From a bacterium (lineage in GTDB: Bacteria; UBA8248): 64,000 bases of DNA. How positions within the stretch are numbered: the first letter of the stretch is position 1; every line of letters begins with the position of its first letter. The notes beneath the pieces were generated by a model. That model was given only the letters and a program-made list of their open reading frames with translations, did not search any database and was not told where the DNA came from. Of the stretch, positions 57,102 to 64,000 are shown in pieces. The translations under genes were made by a program, and so were the position numbers. Location: the NCBI GenBank assembly GCA_965207065.1, contig OZ242260.1, positions 3,968,001 to 4,032,000 of the forward strand, read 5' to 3'.

Positions 57102-58238
57102 ATGGAAGATTCACCGGTTCGAGGCCTTGAGGGCGTCATCGCGGCCGACACGAAGATATGCTCCCTCGACGGCGTGAACGGGATTCTGGGGTATTACGGC
57201 TACGACGTGCCCGAGATGGTGCGCAAGAAGGTCACCTTCGAGGAGGTGGTCTATCTCCTTTGGCACGGCGAACTGCCCACCCGCGAAAATCTCAAGGAAT
57301 TCGACCAGGCCATGAAGGCCGAGCGCGCGCTCTCGCCCGCCTTGATGCGCGCTTTAAGGCAGATACCCCCCGGTGAGCAGAGGACGGCGGCGCTGAGGGG
57401 CGGCGTCGGCATCCAGGGGCTTTTCGACGAAGAGGCGGAGGACGACTCCCCCGAGGCGAACCGCAGAAAGGCGCTCCGGCTCACCGCGAAGATGCCCACC
57501 ATCGTCGCGGCGCAGCACCGCCTCGCGGCGGGCCTGAAACCCCTGAACCCCCGCCGGGGACTCGGACACGCGGCGAATTTCCTCTACATGATCACGGGCG
57601 TGGCGCCTGATAAAATCGACGCCCGCGCGCTCGACGCCACCCTCGTCCTCTACGCGGAGCACGAGTTCAACGCCTCGACCTTCGCGACGCGCGTCGTCAC
57701 CTCCACGATGTCGGACATCTATTCCGCCGTCACGGCGGGCATCAGCGCCTTGAAAGGCCCGCTGCACGGAGGCGCCGGCCTCGCGGTGATGGAGACCTTG
57801 AGGGAGATCGGCGACATCGAGAACGTGGAGCCCTTCGTCGAGGCGGCGCTCGCCAGGAAGAGGCTCTTCATGGGCTTCGGCCACCGGGTCTACACCAGGA
57901 GCGGCGACCCCCGCGCGAGCGTGCTCATCGAACTGGCCGAGGAGGTGTGCCGCCAGCCCGGGCGGGACGCCAGGTGGTTCAACATGGCGCGTGCGCTCGA
58001 CCACGCCGTTCAGAGCCGAAAGGGCGTCATCCCGAACGTGGACTTCTACTCGGCGCCGCTGTGGCAGGGTCTGGGAATCCCGATGGAGTTGTTCGTTCCC
58101 ATCATCGCCATGTCTCGCGTCGCAGGCTGGACGGCCAACATTCTGGAGCAGCAGGCCGACAACCGCCTCATCCGCCCCCGGGCGCGCTACACCGGCCCCG
58201 AAAAGAGGCGCTACAGGACCATGAGAAGCCGTGGCTGA
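57102..58238 (+). CDS. Citrate/2-methylcitrate synthase family protein
   Basis: GLEGV, EHEFNAST, GPLHGGA, MGFGHRVY, DPR, PNVDFYS, LIRP. Confidence 0.9.
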   Translation: MEDSPVRGLEGVIAADTKICSLDGVNGILGYYGYDVPEMVRKKVTFEEVVYLLWHGELPTRENLKEFDQAMKAERALSPALMRALRQIPPGEQRTAALRGGVGIQGLFDEEAEDDSPEANRRKALRLTAKMPTIVAAQHRLAAGLKPLNPRRGLGHAANFLYMITGVAPDKIDARALDATLVLYAEHEFNASTFATRVVTSTMSDIYSAVTAGISALKGPLHGGAGLAVMETLREIGDIENVEPFVEAALARKRLFMGFGHRVYTRSGDPRASVLIELAEEVCRQPGRDARWFNMARALDHAVQSRKGVIPNVDFYSAPLWQGLGIPMELFVPIIAMSRVAGWTANILEQQADNRLIRPRARYTGPEKRRYRTMRSRG

Positions 58239-60213
58239 GCAGGGCGCGCGCAGCCTCACGCAAAAGCTCATCGACGCGCATCTCGTCTCGGGCGCAGCGA
58301 GAACGCCGGGCGAAGAAGTCGAGATACGCATCGATCAGGTGCTTCTGCAGGACGCATCCGGCCCCACCGCCCTCCTCCACTTCGAGGCGATGGGCTTCGC
58401 GCGGGTGAAGCAGAAGATAGCCGTCATGTACGGCGACCACCAGACCATCCAGGTCAACAGCCTGCACACCGACGCCCACCGCTTCATGCTCGGCTTCTGC
58501 CGCAAGCACGGCATCCATTTCTCGAAACCCGGAAACGGCATCTGCCACAACGTGCATTTAGAAGAGTTCTCCGTCCCCGGCGAAAGCCTGCTCGGCACGG
58601 ATTCGCATACGCCGCAAGGGGGCGCCGTGGGAATGCTCGCCATAGGCGCCGGCGGCATGGACGTGGCGACCGCCATGGCGACGGGGGCGACCATCATCCC
58701 GCGGCCGGCCATCGTCGAGGTGCGGCTCACCGGGAAGCTGGGACCCTGGGCGACGGCGAAAGACGTGATCCTGGAACTCCTGCGCCGCCTGGGCGCGCGC
58801 GGGGGTATCGGCAAGTATTTCGAATACACCGGCCCCGGCCTCCGCACCCTCTCGGTGCCGGAGCGCTTCACGGTCGCGAGCATGGGCACCGAACTGGGCC
58901 TCACGGGCAGCATCTTCCCGAGCGACGCGCAGACCAAATTGTTCTATGAGCGCATCGGCCGCGTGGGCGACTGGAAGCCGCAGGAGGCGGAATCGGACGC
59001 AGCGTATGACGAGAGAATCGAACTCGACCTCGGCGACGTCCAGCCGCTCGTCGCCCTGCCCTCGAACCCCGAGAACGTCGTGCCCGTATCGGAAGCCGCC
59101 GGCACGCCTATCCACCAGGTCATCATCGGAAGCTGCACGAACGGCACGTTCACCGACGTGGCCTCTTTCGCGCAGGTGCTGAGAGGCCGCAAGGTGGCGG
59201 ACGGCGTCGACGCCATCGTCTTTCCGGGCAGCCGCCAGGCATTTGAGGAACTCGCGCGAGAGGGCCATCTGGCCGACATGCTCGCCGCGGGCGTGTGCGT
59301 CTCGGAATCCACGTGCGGCTCATGCCCCGGTTACGCCCACATCCCCGCACCGGGCATGAACTCCCTGCGCGGGTTCAACCGGAACTTCAAGGGCCGCTCG
59401 GGACTGAGCGAGGACGCCGTGTATCTCGCGAGTCCCGAACTCGCCGCCGTGGCCGCCCTGCACGGCGAGATAAGAGACCCGAGGGACGAGGGCAAGGCGC
59501 CCGAGGTACTTCTGCCCTTCCGCTTCGCGAGCGACAGGACGGGAATCGTCGCGCCTGCGGAAGATGCCGCCTCGGTGGAAATCATCCGGGGCCCGAACAT
59601 CCAGCCCGTGCAGGTGGGAGAGGCGCCAGGGGATACCTGTACGGGAGAAGTCCTCATCAAGCTGGGCGACAACGTCTCGACCGACCACATCAGCCCGGCG
59701 GGGGTCGACGCCATCACCTACCGGACGAACATGCCCGCGCTGGCCGACTTCACCTTCAGGCGCGTGGACGAGACCTTCGCCTCACGCGCGCGAGAGGCGG
59801 GCGGGGGCATCATCGTCGGGGCGAAGACATACGGGCAGGGTTCCGCGCGCGAGCAGGCGGCCATCTGCCCGATGATTCTGGGCGTCCGCGCCGTCATCGC
59901 CAAGAGCTTTGCGAGAATCCACCGGGCGAACCTCATCAACTGGGGCATTCTGCCCCTCACGTTTGCGGACGAAGACGATTACGACAAGACAGAGGCCGGG
60001 CAGAAGCTGGCGATCTCCAACATTCAGGATTCGCTCGCCACGGGCGTTTTCGAAGTCGAAAACAGCGATACGGGCCACGTCTTCGGTGCGGCTTGCGCGC
60101 TCACCGAGCGCGAGAGGCGCATGCTCGCCGCGGGAGGCGCGCTGGCTCTCGCGCGCATCGAGGGGGGAAGCGCCGACGCGACGAACCCCTCCCCGGCTCG
60201 GGGCGGAGCATGA
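58231..60213 (+). CDS. Aconitate hydratase (short bacterial/mitochondrial-like type)
   Basis: QD, DH, GICH, DSHT, GSCTN, CGSC, NRNFKGR, STDHI, YGQGSAREQ, FARIHRANL. Confidence 0.9.
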   Translation: MAEQGARSLTQKLIDAHLVSGAARTPGEEVEIRIDQVLLQDASGPTALLHFEAMGFARVKQKIAVMYGDHQTIQVNSLHTDAHRFMLGFCRKHGIHFSKPGNGICHNVHLEEFSVPGESLLGTDSHTPQGGAVGMLAIGAGGMDVATAMATGATIIPRPAIVEVRLTGKLGPWATAKDVILELLRRLGARGGIGKYFEYTGPGLRTLSVPERFTVASMGTELGLTGSIFPSDAQTKLFYERIGRVGDWKPQEAESDAAYDERIELDLGDVQPLVALPSNPENVVPVSEAAGTPIHQVIIGSCTNGTFTDVASFAQVLRGRKVADGVDAIVFPGSRQAFEELAREGHLADMLAAGVCVSESTCGSCPGYAHIPAPGMNSLRGFNRNFKGRSGLSEDAVYLASPELAAVAALHGEIRDPRDEGKAPEVLLPFRFASDRTGIVAPAEDAASVEIIRGPNIQPVQVGEAPGDTCTGEVLIKLGDNVSTDHISPAGVDAITYRTNMPALADFTFRRVDETFASRAREAGGGIIVGAKTYGQGSAREQAAICPMILGVRAVIAKSFARIHRANLINWGILPLTFADEDDYDKTEAGQKLAISNIQDSLATGVFEVENSDTGHVFGAACALTERERRMLAAGGALALARIEGGSADATNPSPARGGA

Positions 60214-60214
60214 T

Positions 60215-61402
60215 ATGGGCCAAATAAAATATCCGGCGGTGTTCATGCGCGGCGGCACGAGCCGCGCCATCGTCTTCCATGAAAAAGATTTGCCCAAAGA
60301 ACAATCGGAAAGAGACGCCATCTTCCTGAAAGCCCTGGGAAGTCCCGACCCGAATGGCCGCCAGCTAGACGGCCTGGGTGGCGGGATATCAAGTTTAAGC
60401 AAAATCGCGGTGGTAGCGCCCTCCGAGCGAGCGGATGCGGACGTGGATTTCACCTTCGCGCAGGTGGGTGTGACGGATGAAACCGTGGATTACGTCGGCA
60501 CCTGCGGGAACATATCGAGCGCGGTCGGGCCGTTCGCCGTGGACGAGGGACTGGTTGAGATAGATGACGGTACCGCCACCGTGCGCGTCTACAACACGAA
60601 CACGGGCAAGACCTATCACGCGCGCTTTCCGGTGGAAGACGGCGCGGCGGGCGTGGGTGGTGCGTACGAGCTGCCGGGCGTCTCGGGCGCAGGCGCGCAA
60701 ATCACGCTGGAGTTCATGGACCCCGGCGGCGCGGCCACCGGAAAACTCCTGCCCTCGGGCAACGCGGTGGACACCTTCGAGATCGAGGGGGTGGGAAGAG
60801 TCGAGGCGAGCATGGTGGACGCCACCAACCCGATGGTGTTCGTACGCGCCGTCGACCTGGGCCTTACCGGCGGAGAAGGACCCGGCCTCATCGACGCCCA
60901 AGTCGAGGTGATGGTGAACCTGGAGCAGATACGCGCCGAGGCGGCGGTGCGCATGGGGCTTGCGCGCGACAGGCGGGAGGCTTCGGAGAGCGTGCAGGCC
61001 GTGCCGAAGGTGGTGCTCGTCGCCCCGCCGCTGGAATACATGGACTTGAAAGGCGAGATAATCGCTGCGGATGACTGCGACATCACAGCCCGCATCATCT
61101 CGATGGGAAAGACCCACCGCGCCTTCGCCCTCACGGGCGCGATGTGCTTAGCCGTCGCCGCGCGGATTCCGGGCACCGTGACGCACGAGGCCGCCCGAAG
61201 TAGCGAGGGCGACATCCGTCTCGGGCACCCTTCCGGCGTCCAGACCATAAACGCGGTGGTCGCTGAGACACCCGAAGGCCCACTGGCCGAGAAGGTAATC
61301 GTCTACCGCACGGCGCGCAGGCTCATGGAAGGAATGGTCTGCGTGCCCGCGATATCCAGAAGCGCGTGCAGGGAAACGCCCGCGATCCTTGATCCTCCAT
61401 AG
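60215..61402 (+). CDS. prpF: PrpF family (methyl)aconitate isomerase
   Basis: MRGGTSR, LGGGISSLSK, GTCGN, GKTHRA, HPSG, RTARRLMEG. Confidence 0.9.
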   Translation: MGQIKYPAVFMRGGTSRAIVFHEKDLPKEQSERDAIFLKALGSPDPNGRQLDGLGGGISSLSKIAVVAPSERADADVDFTFAQVGVTDETVDYVGTCGNISSAVGPFAVDEGLVEIDDGTATVRVYNTNTGKTYHARFPVEDGAAGVGGAYELPGVSGAGAQITLEFMDPGGAATGKLLPSGNAVDTFEIEGVGRVEASMVDATNPMVFVRAVDLGLTGGEGPGLIDAQVEVMVNLEQIRAEAAVRMGLARDRREASESVQAVPKVVLVAPPLEYMDLKGEIIAADDCDITARIISMGKTHRAFALTGAMCLAVAARIPGTVTHEAARSSEGDIRLGHPSGVQTINAVVAETPEGPLAEKVIVYRTARRLMEGMVCVPAISRSACRETPAILDPP

Positions 61403-61458
61403 AAAACCCTTGTTTTCACGCCGGTTCAACGCGGTTTTCATCCGCAGGGATCGCATGT

Positions 61459-61683
61459 GGGGTTGTTGAATTACCCCGCAATTCCGGTATGACGGCGACG
61501 GGATATCGCCTTGCCGGAGGGAGTGTAGGGGTCGCATACATGCGACCCACATGCCACGGTCGGGGAGGGCCGCATATGTGTAGCGCTCCCAAGAAGGGAG
61601 CGCTACCTACAACAGAAACGGCATTGACGCAGGTATTAAAGCAATGGTCAAAGCAGAGCGAGAAAAACTTTTTCAACAGCCCC
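61459..61683. mobile_element. MITE-like REP module (GGGGTTGTTGAA...TTCAACAGCCCC)
   Basis: Inverted ends; encloses gtaggggtcgcatacatgcgaccc and gtagcgctccc-aagaa-gggagcgctac. Confidence 0.6.
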
Positions 61684-61812
61684 TCATCAATCGCGTTTGA
61701 CCTTCGGCCGCTACTCAGGGTGAGGCGGAGAGGCGGGTTGCTCGGGGTGGGATGGCGGTTTCGCAGCCGGACAGGCGCAGGAGCCTGTCCGGGGACCCGC
61801 GTAACCGCCTGC

Positions 61813-62733
61813 CTACCTCCGCTCCCCCGTCACGAGCCACACGCCCGTCGCCGTCAGGCAGGCGCCGACCAGCAGATGCCAGCCCAGCTGCTCACCCAGA
61901 TAGAGGGCGCTGCCCATCACGCCGACGATGGGCGTCATGAAGAAGAACACCGATATCTTGGCGGGCGAATACCTGAGCAGCAGATGGCCCCAGTAGGCCA
62001 GGAGCAGCGCGCTCGCCAGTACGCCCATGTAGAACACCGCGAAAATCTGCGGACCGCCGATATGGCTGATACCGAAATTGGGCTGAGAGAATGACAAGAA
62101 GAAATAGGTCGGCGCGCCGATGAGCATGGACCATCTGGCGATCGAGGTGACGTCGGATTTGCCGAGATAGCGGCGGTAGTGGATCGTCTGCGTCGCCCAG
62201 CCGGCGGCGGCGATGAGGATGAAGAAATCGGCCTGCATGGAGCCGCCCGCGTCGAGGCTGTTCGAGAACACCGTGACGGTGCCCGCCATCGCCGTCGCGA
62301 AGCCCAGCGCCCGCACGAGGGTGATGCGCTCGCCCGTGAGAAAAAGCGCGCTCAGCAGCATCACCCAGACGGGCTGCGTGTAGAGCAGCACCGAGGCGCG
62401 CGCGGCGGCGGTTCCGAACATCCCCTGGTAGAGGAACCAGACGTAGGCGTTGTGCATGAGCGCATTCAGGATGCGGTGGCCCTTCTCCTTCCAGGGGTCG
62501 TGGTAGGTCACGCTCTCGGGGATGCGCATCACCAACCTGTAGAGCGTGAGGGTCAGCACCCCCGCGCAGCAGCGCATCCATACGATGGCGTAGGGGGTGA
62601 GACCTGAGTAGGCACCCTTGATGACGGGCTGCGCCATCCCCCACACCGTCGTGAGGAGGAGCGAGCCCAGCACCAGTTCGAGCGTCATTCCCAAATCGGC
62701 GGATGGTTTCGGTGAGGCCGGGTGTCTGTTCAA
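61813..62733 (-). CDS. DMT/EamA family transporter (start 62733 TTG or 62688 ATG)
   Basis: VWG, RASVLLYTQP, GER, FMTPIVGV, LGE. Confidence 0.88.
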   Translation of the reverse strand: MNRHPASPKPSADLGMTLELVLGSLLLTTVWGMAQPVIKGAYSGLTPYAIVWMRCCAGVLTLTLYRLVMRIPESVTYHDPWKEKGHRILNALMHNAYVWFLYQGMFGTAAARASVLLYTQPVWVMLLSALFLTGERITLVRALGFATAMAGTVTVFSNSLDAGGSMQADFFILIAAAGWATQTIHYRRYLGKSDVTSIARWSMLIGAPTYFFLSFSQPNFGISHIGGPQIFAVFYMGVLASALLLAYWGHLLLRYSPAKISVFFFMTPIVGVMGSALYLGEQLGWHLLVGACLTATGVWLVTGERR

Positions 62734-63140
62734 TCGTTCTCCCCGGAGACGCGGGGCCGCTCGCATATCTCGACCCGGATGTTCTCGGGTCCCTTGATGA
62801 AGGCGATCATCCGCCCGCCCACGCCCGCGGCCACGGGGGCCATGTCAACCTCCGCACCGCGCTCTACCAAGCGAGCGACGCTCGCCGCCACGTCGTCCAC
62901 CGCGACACCTAAGTGATCCAGGCCGTGCGTGAGCTCGGGCGCGACGGCGTCCGGCTCGTCGCCGGGGCGGTAGCCCCGGATGCGCAGGTCTCCCTCGCCC
63001 AGCTTGTAGATGGCGTAGGGCGCGCCCTTGAAGTCCTCCTCGTAGGAGATGCACTCGAGGTCGAAGACATTCTCGAAGAAATCCGCCATGGCGCGGACGT
63101 CGCGCGTCAGGAAATGGACGTGGTCGTACCTGAATTCCAC
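62730..63140 (-). CDS. VOC/glyoxalase family protein
   Basis: DHVH, GLDHLG, AFIKGPENIRVE. Confidence 0.85.
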   Translation of the reverse strand: MEFRYDHVHFLTRDVRAMADFFENVFDLECISYEEDFKGAPYAIYKLGEGDLRIRGYRPGDEPDAVAPELTHGLDHLGVAVDDVAASVARLVERGAEVDMAPVAAGVGGRMIAFIKGPENIRVEICERPRVSGEND

Positions 63141-63240
63141 AATAAACTCCTTTCGTGATTGTTCATCTTCACATGCTCATATTACGCTGAACCGAGAATC
63201 CCACAGGAAGCGCGGTTTGCACAAACGATTTTCATCTTGA

Positions 63241-63487
63241 GGGGCTGTTGAATAATCCCCATTGACGGGAAAATTCCTTGGGAGCAACCCCCTGGCCGCC
63301 TTGTCATGGGATAAAGGCAACGCCCCCTACCCCCCCTTGTCAGGGGGGTAAGAAAAAACAAAAGCCCTCCTGCCCGGTGGGCGGGCGTCGCCTTTTTATA
63401 CCCCCCTGACAAGGGGGGGTAGGGGGGGTTGATTCTGACGAGGGAGAGAGGTTTAGCTCACGCTGTAAGACCTTTTTCAACAACTCA
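63241..63487. mobile_element. MITE-like module (GGGGCTGTTGAA...TTCAACAACTCA) enclosing an inverted pair of CCCCCTGACAAGGGGGG repeats
   Basis: Ends and internal repeats read directly from the sequence. Confidence 0.6.
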
Positions 63488-63506
63488 CCTTGAAGAAAGG
63501 ATACTC

Positions 63507-64000
63507 ATGCCGAAAACAAAAATCATTGGCGAGGAGCACCGGGCGCATCGTGACGGAGCCGACCTGTTCTTGTGGAGAAAGCGAAAAGAGGGCCTCGAAA
63601 AACCGGGGGGCGCGGTGCTCCTCGTGCACGGCTCGTCCATGGCCTCCACGCCCACGTTCGACCTCCAGGTGAAATCGCGGCCCGGATACTCCCTGATGGA
63701 TTATCTCGCCGAGCGCGGCTACGACGTCTGGTGCGTGGACTGCGAGGGTTACGGGAGGTCCACCAAGTCGAGGCGGGTCTCCTGCGGGATCGAGCGCGGG
63801 GCGGGGGACGTTCTCGCGGCGGCGAACGTGATCCGGCGAGTCAGCAGGAAGAACGCGCTTCACCTCTACGGCATCTCGTCCGGCGCGCTGCGGGCCGCTT
63901 TGTTCGCGCAGAAAAACCCCCGGCGCGTGAAGCGGCTGATTCTCGACGCCTTCGTATGGACGGGCGAAGGGAGCCCGACCCTCGCGGAGAGAAGCAAGCG
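63507..64000 (+). CDS. Alpha/beta hydrolase, running off the window edge (absent from the ORF track)
   Basis: Manual translation: MPKTKIIGEEH...VLLVHGSSMASTPTFDL...GYDVWCVDCEGYGRS...YGISSGA; AAAGGA RBS. Confidence 0.85.
   Translation, partial: MPKTKIIGEEHRAHRDGADLFLWRKRKEGLEKPGGAVLLVHGSSMASTPTFDLQVKSRPGYSLMDYLAERGYDVWCVDCEGYGRSTKSRRVSCGIERGAGDVLAAANVIRRVSRKNALHLYGISSGALRAALFAQKNPRRVKRLILDAFVWTGEGSPTLAERSK

Overview
GC-rich bacterial chromosomal window, mostly metabolic and transport genes separated by REP-rich intergenic blocks. In order, it holds: (1) a selenium-dependent molybdenum-hydroxylase maturation operon (ridA-like, yqeB, CbbQ/NorQ-type AAA+, NorD/CbbO-type vWA, yqeC, xdhC) and comF; (2) pdxA, a split ComD/ComE-like ThDP decarboxylase, a haloacid dehalogenase, two quinone oxidoreductases, DUF1194, a TPR protein, a CCA-type nucleotidyltransferase and pyrR; (3) an accessory island (about 16.2-24.9 kb) with a REP-associated tyrosine transposase (RAYT), many REP/MITE families, two copies of a small membrane/coiled-coil gene and two TbpB-like surface lipoproteins; (4) a ureide/s-triazine cluster (carbamate kinase, AtzD-type cyclic amide hydrolase, BMP-type ABC transporter, cyclase, FdrA, DUF1116); (5) a Liv-type transporter lacking ATPases, DapA-family, DMTs, DUF433, a hydrolase, a CoA-transferase and an FlK-like thioesterase; (6) TAXI-TRAP, VOC, a low-GC insert, a 2-hydroxyacid dehydrogenase, citrate synthase, aconitase and PrpF. 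The best novelty candidate is an RNA-level control architecture around the surface lipoprotein operon. Its long leader has three hairpin-enclosed copies of the gene's own RBS motif (GAGGACTCAA), each opening a related mini-ORF (MxxATxP[ST]PVS). Its 3' UTR has a roughly 185-nt structured RNA whose loop is complementary to that motif. Also notable are a four-copy small-protein cassette with a conserved portable promoter, the AAA+/vWA pair inside a yqeB-yqeC-xdhC operon, and an AtzD + FdrA/DUF1116 + carbamate kinase pathway. All calls come from reading motifs by eye; no database searches or folding programs were run.
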